Assembly (NCBI RefSeq): GCF_008831285.2
Contig: NC_045138.2
Coordinates: forward strand, 10,540,001-10,604,000
DNA from: Nymphaea colorata
Taxonomy: Eukaryota
Direction: 5' to 3'
DNA: 64,000 nucleotides
The position numbers and the translations under genes were made by a program. The notes below the pieces were generated by a model, which saw only the letters and a program-made list of their open reading frames with translations, was not told the DNA's origin and did no database searches. Positions 23,200-35,180 of the stretch are shown here, one piece after another (positions within the stretch are counted from its first letter, which is position 1; each line of letters begins with the position of its first letter).

Positions 23200-26100
23200 T
23201 CGTCTCATTGTTAAGTAACCAGAAAGCATTTGTCATTTTCATCCACTTAGTCTCTCAGCCACCTTTTCTTCCAACTAAAGGCATAACTTTACTCTTCCAA
23301 CTTAAGCTTCCTAGCCATCCTGTTGGATAAGAAGAAACGTCAGCCCCACCACATCCTAACACAACTTGAAAAAAAAAAAAAAACTGAAGGAAAGCCGTCA
23401 AGCCCTAAGGCCTTATCATTTGCAATTGAAAAGCTAGTCTCATGGATTTCCTCAGACGTCACTAGCCTAAGCAACATTTGATTGTAGGAGTAAGAGACCT
23501 TAGGGCCATCTTTTAGCTCATCAAAGTGAGTCATCATAGGCATCTACATTAAATAAATCATCAAAAAAGTTAGTATAATTTTACATATTGTCCGGTTGGG
23601 AGCTTACCTCCTCATGATGTTCCGCTTGCTCCACCTATTATTCTCATATGCTTGGAAAATTTAGTATTTTGGTTCGTATTACTGAGCCAAGACTTTCTTT
23701 CTTTCTGCTTCTTCCTTCAGGAACTGTTCAAGTTCTTGCCTTAGTAACCACTCCTCATTTTCATTTCATCCTGAAGTACCTCATTCTTTTGTATGAACCT
23801 CTAAGAGTGATTTGCAGATTTCTACTACACTGGAATTAATGTCATCAAAAATATTTTTGTTCCACAAAGAAAATGTTCTAGGAGTTTCTTCTAGCTTCAC
23901 AATTACCTTGATCATTTTGTAGCCACATTGTGAGATCCGTCATGCCTGCTCAATGAGTTCCATGCAGCCATTTCTTAGCATCTAGCATTAGTAAAATTTA
24001 AAAACACCCCTACCAACCCAACCATGGCCCATCGGTAGAGCACAAAGAATCAAAGGGTAATGGTCCAGGATAACCGAGAAGCCACTCATAGGAGAAAATG
24101 AGAGTTCATTCTTAAGAAGCAGTTGTTACAGCAAGCAACCTGTCCAAAAGACATCGCATATTCTCTCCCCAAAAACGGTTGTTGCTCTAAGTGAAAGATT
24201 GAAACTCATCAACAACAACTCGTAGGTCCCTATCTTGGATAAAGTTCATAAGGGATTCACATGATAAGCGGGATGGGGCCTACCAGTTTTGTCCTATGAG
24301 GAAAACATTATATTGAAATATCCTACCAGAACGATAGATAAGTTCTATTGCATCACACTTATTTTCAAATTCTTCAAGGAATCTACCCAGGGAGCAAAAT
24401 GTGGATGCAGATAGACTCCATAGGACACAAAACTATTTTTGACTCAACCAGTCTAAGCACATATTGCTATGCATTATTTAGTAACACTAATGGAAGTGAC
24501 ATGAAGGATTGAGGATTTCCAACCAATAACAATCCTAGCAATGTCCCCACAAAGTGCATCATTAGTAACAAAGACAAAGCCCTGATGGTTACGGCTCCAC
24601 TTCTCAAAGTTGGCAGGGGACAAGAAAATGTCAAGCAAAACATGCAATTAATGTCATAGTTACAAATCATATACAACAGTGCCTTGTTGTGCTGAGACTC
24701 TTGTGTTGAGACTCAAGCTATACCTTAAACATTCCACAAATTCAAGTTTACAAAAATCACTTATGGCTGATAAAGGAGAGAGAGAGACCAGGATATAACC
24801 TTTCAATGCTCCGAGCTATCACTGGTGGAGACCAGTTGCTGACCTCCTCCAACTTCCACGATAGCAACCACCAGACCACTCCTTCTCTATCCTGGAGCTA
24901 AAAAGATCCTTAGGCATTCAGGATAGGGTCCGACATGGGCTGGTGTAATTTGCTATTCATCGTGGAACTCAGGCTCGCTTTGGCTTGAATCTTGCTCTCC
25001 ATCACGGGGACATCATCTTTGGATTGAGATTGAAGCTTTAGATTGTTAATGACTTAAGGAATTTCTTACTCTTCCTTCTCTTCTTCTTGCTGCAAGGGGG
25101 TAGATCAAATATTGCTTTTGCTTTGTCATGCTTATTGTGGAATGAACTTGGCTTGTGAATTGTCTGAGACATATGCTAGGTTGCCCTTTCAGGAGCAGTT
25201 TTTATAGTGCTTGTTGCCATTGCCATGGCATCCCTATGTTTTCCTAAAACCCGGTGGAGGGGGAGAGCTATTCATACCAGACCAAGGGGGACCTTGGCTT
25301 TGTTGGTGTAGTTGTCTCCTCCACGGTGGTTGTCGAGAAAATATTCACAAAGAAACCTACCTTTTATTTCATGATGTGGGTTCAATCTTCTCCCATCAGG
25401 TTTTTTTTAGTTCATACATATGCATTTTGGGGTTATTTTCATTAGCCGCTTCCAATTGGGTAGTCACAGCTCCCTCATCAACCTTTTGTGTTGCGCCAAC
25501 TAATGCCACAACAGCACAATGGGCTTGTGTTCTCCATCTTGACCTCAGACTCCAAATTTTGTAAGGCCTAAAAAGAGTTTATAGAGGTACTAACTAGAGG
25601 GGGGCCAGACTAGCCTGCAACAATATTCTTCCCCTGTCTTTTTTGGTTCTTCGTGATTTGAACTTCCTTTCAACCCTTTAGAACTTGTCTTCTCTTGCAA
25701 TGGCACTGGTCCACTGACATTCTCCTTCACCCTGCAACTTTCTGTATGGTGGGTGTTTGATCTACAGGTAGCACACAAGCAAAGGCATTCCTCATACACC
25801 ACTTTCTGAGGGAGGACTCATTCATAACCAACCTCTAGGTCATGACCAATTTGGGGACTAATCTAAGTGGGACATTGATGCACAACCTAGGATACCCCAC
25901 CTTGGGCTTACTCTTTGTAAGAATATCTACTTCCATCAATTCATTGCCAAGGGCTTTGGCTACTCTACATGGTTGCTCTATAGCAGAGTGGGTAGCCCTC
26001 GGAGGTGAATTTGTATTGGGAGACGGATGGTGTCTTCCACCTTCATCTCCATGTCAAGAGTCAATGGCTTGCCACTAGAATCCTACCTCCTATCTTTCAT

Positions 26101-26250
26101 GCTTCTTTCTTTTATATCACCACCAGCTGCCCAAACGAGTCAACCCTCATGAGGAAGGTGTTGGGTCGGGTTCAGCCTCAAGTGAGGACCCAGCCTGCCC
26201 ACTCACTTGAGTGTGCAGGCGATGAAAAGAGGAAGGGCACCTGATGATGC
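23200..26250 (-). mobile_element. Decayed L1-type LINE (ORF1 zinc knuckle, endonuclease region, partial RT)
   Basis: CATCRSNTHHTESC (CX2CX4HX4C) in 25590-25802; EEIHETSFSIANDKALGLDGF (KAPGPDGF-like) in 23340-23543; many stops and frameshifts. Confidence 0.8.
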
Positions 26251-26379
26251 CCTACCCCTCTCTCGCTCGTCTCTCCTTTGTTTCAAAAACGAGAGGGCTC
26301 TTCCCTCTTGCTCTCATACATAGCAAAACGAGAAGGGGAGGAGGAAGGCAAGAAGAGAAGGAGGTTAAAAACGCAACAA

Positions 26380-29300
26380 GGCTATGTGGGTGAAGAAAGA
26401 GGGAATGAAGGCAGTCTTCATTGAGTGATCTCTTTTTTTGTTTCTTTTAGGGTTCTTTCTTCCATTCATATAAGAGAGTGCTATTCTTCTCTTGTGTCCA
26501 TTGTTTTCCTTAAAACAATAGAGATATTGTTGCTGGTCTATTTGGTCCCCTTTGATATATATAAAGTCTCCTTGCTTGTGGTTTTTTACCCCATTATTGA
26601 GGGTTTTTCCATGTATACTTGGTGTGAATCTTTTTTGTTGTTTTATTCCTGCAATATGTTCACTTATTATTCGAATTTCAGCATTACACGTATTATAGCA
26701 GTCATGAGCTTGGTATGAGCAGTTTTGTGCACTTTCTACTATCAAACTAGTTGGTTTGGGCTATTATATTGATGTTAAAGACTATCATTAGCTACGTAGT
26801 TATTGGATATATGTATTCTTGAAGTTTGAGAGCATCTGTGACAACATTAAGTGTTGATATTGGCTGGTTGTTGTCTTCTTAAGTATTCATTTGCAAGGGT
26901 AATATGTTTTTACCAGAATATATCCATATTGAGAGTTCTTTTACAAGATCGAAAGATGGAGTCGACCCCCACGAGGATGATCTCTTTAAATGGAAACAAC
27001 TGGACTATATAGGAAGTAAAAAAGGAGGATTTGCTCTATTGTAAAGATTTGTATGCAACTATTAAGAACAAGAGGCCAAAAAATATGGCAGATGATAAAT
27101 AGAAGCTATTAGACAGAAAAACCATTGGCATCATCAGGTAATGGTTAGATGACAGTGTATTTCATTTGGTATATATAGAGACGAGCGCAAAGTCATTATG
27201 GCAGAAGTTGCATGATCTTTACGAGAGAAAAACAGTTGGAAACAAGACTTTCTTGATCAGGCAATTGGTAAATCTCAAACTTAGAAAGGGAAGACTTGTG
27301 TCAGAGCATTTGAATGAAGTACAAAGTATAATTAATCAGTTATCAGCTATAAAAATGATATTAGATGATGAGTTACAGGCAGATAGAAGCATGTAACCAG
27401 CAACATTCTAAATGAAGAGACAATGAGAAAATCTCTTGGTACTATGAGCTCACAAGTGCTAGTAATGAAAGATAGGGGTAGATAGAAGAACCATAATAAA
27501 TGGCATGACAGATCAAAATCTATGTCTAAATCAAGGCTCAAGATGACAGGTAAATACTTTCAATGTGGTATTTTAGGTCACAAAAGGATTGATTGTAGGA
27601 AATTAAAAGAAGAAAAAGAACAAAAAAAAAGAGAGTCAAGAGAGTGTGAAACCAAAAGAATGCACTGCAATGGCTTCAAATGATGAGGTAGTATTACTTT
27701 TATATGAGGAAAATGATTGTCTTACAGTTGAGATTAATGATTCTACATAGATATTAGATATTAGGCCATCTTATCATGTCACACCATATAGAGATTTATT
27801 CTCATCCTACAGAGTAGGTGATCTTGAACTAGTTCACATGTGCAACAGTGACACTTCGAAGATTATTGGGGTAGGAGATGTTTGCATTGAGACAAGCACA
27901 GGATGCAAATTGACTTTGAGGTCAAAAAGGAATCAATTTACTCGTTAAGAAGAATTTACTACCAAAGGCAGATGTTGCATATGTATTTCCTTGTGATCAT
28001 TGCTTGTTGGTAAGTTGCATAGAACTTCTTTTAAAAAAACTCACTCTTCAAAAACTAAAGATGTATTAGATTTAGTTTATTCAGATGTGTGTGGACCTAT
28101 AAATGTGACATCTAAAGACAAAGCATCCTATTTTGTCACATTTATTGATAATGCATCTAAGAAGATGTGAGCCTTTACAATGAAAAATAAAAGTGAAGTA
28201 ATTAATATTTTCATGACTTTTCATGTAGTAGTTGAGCGTGAGACTCGTAAGAAGATGAAGATACTGTGTACAAGTAATGGTGGTGAGTACATAGTTTCTC
28301 CTTTATGAGAATATTGTCTTAAGCATGAGCATTAGACATAAAAACATAGTTCCCTATACTCCACAGTAGAATGAAGTTACAGAAAGGATGAGCAGAACTA
28401 TAGTTAAGAAATTTAGAAGTTTGCTAACTAGCTCTAAATTGCCAAAGTACTTCTGAGGAGAAGCAATGCATACTACAGTTTATTTGATAAAAAGATCTCC
28501 TTCAGTGCCTCTGGATGGAGATATTCCACAAAGAGTTTGGTCATATAAAGAGGTAAAGTATGACTACCTCAGAGTCTTTGGTTGCAAAGCTTTCAAGCAT
28601 GTACCTAAAAAACCTCAAACCAAACTAGATGATAAAGTCATTCCTCTAATATTTCTTGGTTATGCAGATGATGAATTTAGTTACGAGTTACGAGATCCAA
28701 AGAATGACAAAATCTATAAGAGTCGTGATGTTGTTTTCAGAGAGAATCAGACGATTGAAGATGTCACGAGAGACAAACAGTTATGTGTGAATGCTAATGG
28801 TATTCATAGGCCAAGCTATGCAGAGCCTAAAGAATTTTCATCTGAGTATGGTGAAAATGATGAAAATGTACAAAAAGAAGAAATAGAAGCAGAGGAGCAG
28901 TATACAAATAACAGTCCTATGGAGACTCAAACTGATTATGAGTATGAGATGGAGGGGGAGCTTCCTCCTCATTCAGAATCAATTGAAGAACAATTTGGGA
29001 TAGGTAAAAGGACATGTATTTCATCTACTAGATATTCTTCTAATGAATATATTATGTTTACAGATAGTAGAGAACCATAATCCTATGTAGAGGTGCTAGA
29101 TGATGTGCATAAAGATGAACAGATTCAAGCTGTGTAAGAAAAGATGAATTCTCTATATATAAGAATTATACTTTTAATTTGGTAGAACTACCAAAAGGTA
29201 AGAAAGTGTTGCAAAACAAGTGGATCTACAAGCTTAAAAATGAAGACCAAGTGAGATACAAAGCCCTCTTAGTGGTGGAAGGTTTCAAGCAGGAAAAATG

Positions 29301-29910
29301 TATTGATTTCGATGAAATTTGCTCTCTTGTGGTTAAAATATCATCTATCTGGGTAATACTTGGTTTGGTGGCATGTCCAGACTTTGATTTTCTTTTTGGA
29401 GATCTAGAGAAGGAAATCTACATGGTACAACTAGAAGGTTTTGCCATTGCTAGGAAGAAACACATGGTTTACAAGTTAAGGAAGAACTTGTATAGACTTA
29501 AACAAGCACCTAGGTAGTGGTATAAGAAATTTGATGTATTTATGATAAATAAAAAATATCACAAGTCAGCCATAGATCATTGTGTTTACATCAGAGAGTT
29601 TGCATCAAGTAACTTTATTATCTTGTTGTCATATGTAGAACATGAGCAAGTTCTTTGATAAGAAAGACTTGAGACCACTACAACAGTTGTTAGGTATGAG
29701 GATTGTTCGTGATAGGAAGGCCAAGAAGGTGTGGTTGTCACAAGAGAAATATTTTGAGAAAGGTGCTTAGCAAGTTCAGTATGAAGGATGTCAAAATAGT
29801 AAGTACTACTTTAGCAGCACATTTTAAATTGGGAAATAAGTAATGTCCATCCTCAACAGATGAGAAAGAAAGAATGGAGAATGTACCATATGCCTCTACA
29901 ATAGGGAGGC
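26380..29910 (+). mobile_element. Decayed Ty1/Copia retrotransposon, cut off within RT (left end approximate)
   Basis: Gag from 26956 (MESTPTRMISLNGNNW), zinc knuckle, integrase (LDLVYSDVCGP; YLRVFGCKAF), then RT (LPKGKKVLQNKWIYK...LKQAPR; VPYASTIG): Copia INT-RT order. Confidence 0.9.
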
Positions 29911-31729
29911 ATATGGTTATGGAGATGTTCAAATCTAGAATCCAGTGCCAAGTGAAAAATAAGATGATCTAGATTTCAAATATTCATAATGCCAATCAAG
30001 ATGTAGTGGTAGTCATTTATGTAGATGATGTCCTCATAATATACAATGCCTCTAGTAGTTCCATTGGCTCAATTAGAGAGGTTTTGGACACCCTTGAAAG
30101 ATCAATGCATACGAAAGTGAATAAAGAGAAGTCAGAATTATTTTTTGGCGCACATTTGATTGTGATGTATATCAGTTGAAGGAGATAATGCAGTGTGCAG
30201 ATCAGCTGAAGGAGATACTGCAGTGTGCAGATCAGCTGAAGGAGATACTGCAGCGGCCTCTTGGAATACTCCCCACCACCTATCTTGGGGTTTCCTTGTT
30301 TTGGGGAAGGCTCATCGAGAAACTTTGCATGAAACTATTGAATAAAATGCATAAAAGGCTGGCAACTTAGAAGGCCAAATTTTTTTTATCTTTTGTAGGC
30401 AAAATTACTCTCGGCAAATATGTGCTTTTCATGCTTCCTTACTATTGGATGATAGTATTTCATCTCCTAAATAAGGTTATTTCTACCATTGAAAAAACTT
30501 GCATGAGATTCGTATGCAATGAGGATGAACACTCTAGCCATCTTCACTACATGAGCTGGTCGTCTCTTTGTAGACCTTGTGATGAAGGTGAGATTGCGTT
30601 AAAAAGTGTGAAGGGCGTCAATATTACTCTTCTTGCTAGTAGATGTGTGAGGCTTCTGATGTTTGAAGGTATTTTTTCAAGACTCTACGTTGATAAATAC
30701 CTCTTGAGCCAGAGCTTTGGACTATGAGAGGCAATGGAAAAGGCTCATGGAGCTAGAAAGGCTTGATGTGGGGTTGAAAGTGAATCCAAACTAAGGAGAA
30801 ATAGAAAATTCAGGATGGTAGTATCTGTTGATTTTGGCTTGACTTACAACAGGAGAGACCATTTTCTAGATGTGCCATCTTAGAACTTATGGAAAATTAT
30901 GAAGGAGAGGAGCATCTCAATTAAAGTTAAATAGTATCATGTGGAGAGAGTGAGGCTCTGATGGCCCTCAAGGTTTGGAGTAAGTGGATGGTTGGATTCA
31001 ATCCTTCCAATCGTTAGTAGGTGTAGATAAGTTAGTGTGGAAGAAGAATGGGTCGAGCTTCTTTAAAGCCAAAGATGTCTGAGAAAATTGGAGGCAGGAA
31101 GGAATGAGAAATGGAGGATAGATATTTGGTCTTCCCAGGCTCCTTCTAGTGCATGTTGGTTTACATATTTGTCTTGCAAAGGAAGGCTTCTTACAGTAGA
31201 TTGGCTCAAAAATCAAGGTACCTTTATTGCTAACTATTGTTTGTTTTGCAGGAGTGCCGAAGAGTTAAATCATACCATGTTTAAATGTAGGAAATCTAAG
31301 GAGATTTGGTAGTGGATTTCTTTCAAGTTTGGGGTTTGCTTGACCTCGAATAGGGAAGTGGCTACTGGTTTGAAAAGATGGATGCAAGTAGCCACTTCCC
31401 TATGTATGAGGACTGTATTGTTGAGGAGATTAACCTGAAGGAAAGTCGAGGAAGAAATGCTGGAAATTGGCATTCCTTGTGACTTGCTAGAAAATCTGGT
31501 GGCAACAAAATCGATTCATGTATGAGGGCTGTATTGTTGAGGAGATTAACTTGAAGGAAGAGATATGGAGAACATGCAATGAAGTCTTCATGGGAATTAA
31601 ATGGACTAAGGAGGTGGAAGCCAAGATCAAAGTTTGGTTGAGGACTAGTATCCTACATGAAAATAAGCATATAGATCATGTGGACACCCTCATTATCATG
31701 ATTACTGATTTCAAGCAAGCTGGGAGAGT
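29911..31729 (+). mobile_element. Decayed 5'-truncated L1 LINE ORF2 fragment (RT C-terminus, zf-RVT)
   Basis: YVDD, LPTTYLGVSL, WSSLCRPCDEG, CLFCRSAEELNHTMFKC motifs. Confidence 0.85.
30171..30253 (+). repeat. 30-bp tandem repeat (~2.8 copies) within the LINE
   Basis: ATCAGCTGAAGGAGATACTGCAGTGTGCAG repeated. Confidence 0.9.
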
Positions 31730-34700
31730 TGTAATGCCCACGCTTTCTTTTTCTTTTTTTTCTCTATTATTACAAAAGTTTTAATAAGGGTATAGGTTAT
31801 AAATGGTAGATTTAAATTACTGTTAAATATAGCTGAAATTGTTAAGTATATCATAAACAGGTGCAGTTAGGGAAAGAAATAAAAAGGGGGTACTAAATAT
31901 ATACCTGGCTGGAAGAAATAACTGAAAATATTAAAAGAAATTAAAGATGACTGAGGACAGCTGAGAAGCCCTCTTCAAAAAATTCGTATGGAGGTGTTGC
32001 TGGCCATGTATTGGCCTTATTTAACCTCATACTACAGTACTTTAGGTTCCTAATTGTTGCAGCCATAGAGGGAGGGTTCCAGAAATTGGGGAAAAGTGAG
32101 AGCTAACTCTTGCTTTCCTATGTCTTGGGGTGAAGATCAAGAGCAAAGAGGAACTGGTCCACGTGACTGTCATCCGCGGCTTGGAGGATCAAGAAAGCTA
32201 GGGAGCAGCAGGTTGAAATGAAGGACTGCACAATTGGAGTGACAGCCCTGCAAGCGAACGGAATTGGCAGCACCTTGGGGCAATAAGGTATGGGCATATT
32301 CAGATGTGTATGCAGCATATAGTTCATGTATGTTATGCTTATGAAATATAGACATACATAAGCAAATATTTAATGTGTATATGAACAGGCCTAGAGTAAT
32401 TAGTAGGTTGTTTGACTGAAATAGTTAGTATGCATTACAATAAAATGAAAGGATGATCATGATTATGGAATTGCTTCTGAAAGTTAGAATACAAACAGAT
32501 TTATTAAGGAAGCATGTTGCATGATCAGCCTTACGATATATGGTGAATGTATGGGTGATGTGACGTGATGATATCTAAATTCCATATGTGCATAGACTGA
32601 TATTTTATGTAGAATGTGGCGCTTAATTGTAAATTCAGCAGGGAAAACCTCTGTTCTTATGAAGATCTGTATACATATATATGTGTGTGTGTGTGTGTAT
32701 GTGTGTGTATACTTATACATACTCATATGTAGCTGTGAATTCATATTGTGGGACATATGTTGCAGTAGCTGGACTGAATATAAACGAGCTTGCATGTTGA
32801 AATGATATGGGTGGCAAGTTCCTTCGTGAATGGGTCTAGTGATGATAGGAAACTGCAGACGTATATCTGTGAAAATGAGTATGATCAGGATATATCAAAC
32901 TTGTATCTTAGCTATTATGTTTCTGTCCTATCCTTCTAAGCATCTCATGCATTATGTTGGTGTACAAATCATAACAAAACATAGGAAAGAAAAAGAGAGT
33001 CAGTCTTCCATCTACATTAACTAGACCTATGCAAAACAAAACACGATTGATACAAGGCCTACTTAGCAGGGGAGTGCTTCGTACTCTATGATTGTCACTC
33101 AGTTGAAGTTAGTAACACTAGATATGTATGGGAATATTTAATCATAATAGAGGCACACAGCTCTGATCTGGGTGAGGAAATTCTGAAATACTCAGTCGTC
33201 CCTTGAAGACATGTTGAGCAACAGTGAGTAGCTGCACATGTTTAGAAAGGTTGGAAATAAAATTATTTAGTGATCTTGCAGATTTGATTAAAGAATAGTA
33301 TGGTTCCCATGTTATCTACGAATTAACCAGAGGAGACCAGTGGGATGAATCTAAAGAGATAGAATCACTCTTTTGAGTAAGGTTAGCCTAGGAAGGTCAT
33401 CAAAGAAATTATTGTTTTGCCTAATACAGAAAATTCATTCAATGAGAAAAACTAACAAGAAATTGGGGAACAAGAAATAGAATCAGGATCAGAAATTTAC
33501 AGGACAAGAAATGAGAATACACCAAATAGAAGCTAGTAGAAGTCGACAATCAAACTTGTTAACATCTGGTTGAAACTCATGGCCGAAACCACCAAGCTCA
33601 GGATTAGTTAAGCTATTATTGTAGGGTGTATGCAGTGTGTGGCTGAATGGAGAAAAATTGTAAGAAATGTGGTTTTAGAGATCGGTGTAGTAGACTTGGA
33701 CATGTGGTTCTTCCTACTAAAAGTGATAAACATGAATACGAAGGTAAGATGTTGAGAGCAACTACGGAGAAACAAGGGAATATATAAACAAGAAGATATA
33801 TGAATGTATGAGGTGTATTCCATAGCAGTGAATATACATATACATGAATTGATAAAGGACCGTAAATAAACAAAGTTTGGTAGTGTATACCTGATATGTA
33901 TGTTATAGTGGTTGTCCCTAATTCTTGGGAATTGAAAGTGGCTAGACTGATTTTGTTTTGACATTGGGGCCTAAAGTTGGCTTTCGTGGAAGTTACTAAA
34001 CTATGTCTAGTAACGATAACCCTCACATGTGAATGCATAGATGAAGACATGGACTATGTTTTATGCAATGGTACATGTGAGTGCGAGCATGAGCTTTGGT
34101 CCAGTGGTTGGTACTGTCCCAGGATGTAGTGGTGCGCATGAGCTTACTGTAGTCGCACACGACTCGGTCTGCACTGGGTGGCCCATAGGGTACTGGGTTG
34201 CACAAGAGCCTAGGATTTTGTTATACTTTTGTTTGGAGAGTGAGGCATCTCCTGGTCCCTCAACTGAGGTGCCTAGAGGGGCCGGTCTACCGCTTCGGGT
34301 AACACCGGTGGTTAGACCATGCTGCTGCTGCGGCGATCTGGGATATATCAGGAAGCTTCACTTTAGGTTACCCTCGATCTATTTGGATCACCTGGTGAAT
34401 ATATGTTTTGTGTTGCCTGTGAGTTGTACCCACAGGGTTTTCTGTTGTTGGCTCGTCACAATGACCATGATCATTATTAATAGACCAGTGTTGTAATTCT
34501 ACAAACATATGGAGGTCATGTACACCTCGTTCAGGATAATAACTCTAATGTGCATTATGATTTGATGACTTATGGATGTCGACCATAAAGTCCTCATATG
34601 AATTTGTTTGACATAATTATGTACATTTTTTGTCGGACCATGTTCTATTCAGGCTAGATGTTACCATACTAAGAGGAAATCTGAGAGAGATTGTGGCTAC

Positions 34701-34971
34701 AGGATTGACGTCCTCAGACTTTGTGATGGATCGGCATTGGCATTTTGGACACTGCGTTGAGTTTGTGCTTCGTGGATACTTTAGTTGTTTCAGTCTGAGT
34801 GTTTTGTGTGGATTCAAAAAGGGTGTCTCTTAAAACAATGTTGGATGTTTTGTTGGGGTTTGATTTGTTTTCCGTTTTGGTCATTGCTCAAGTTTGCTTA
34901 GAGTAAGACTCAGTGTTGTTTCTGTTATTATCTATAAAAAAAAAATTCATGTCAGAACTTGGGTCCTGACA
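31730..34971 (+). repeat. 5' LTR of the older Gypsy (3242 bp)
   Basis: TGTAATGCCC...GGGTCCTGACA; collinear with 39582-40920 and 51850-53682. Confidence 0.93.
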
Positions 34972-34975
34972 ACTT

Positions 34976-34988
34976 TGGTATCAGAGCA
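34976..34988 (+). other. Primer-binding site (initiator tRNA-Met)
   Basis: TGGTATCAGAGCA just after the LTR. Confidence 0.92.
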
Positions 34989-35180
34989 CAGTGTATAGAG
35001 TTCATGTCCAATGTCAATGTCAATCACAAGCAGAGGAAAAGTCATCTGAGCTTGTTATAGAAGGATGTTTTCAAATTATTGTGAATGTTGGGTTTCAAAG
35101 TTTTATAGTAGTCCTAAATGTTTGTTTGATTTACAAACACAATAGTTATCTTTTTGTTTTCTCCCTATGGTGTAGTTCAA

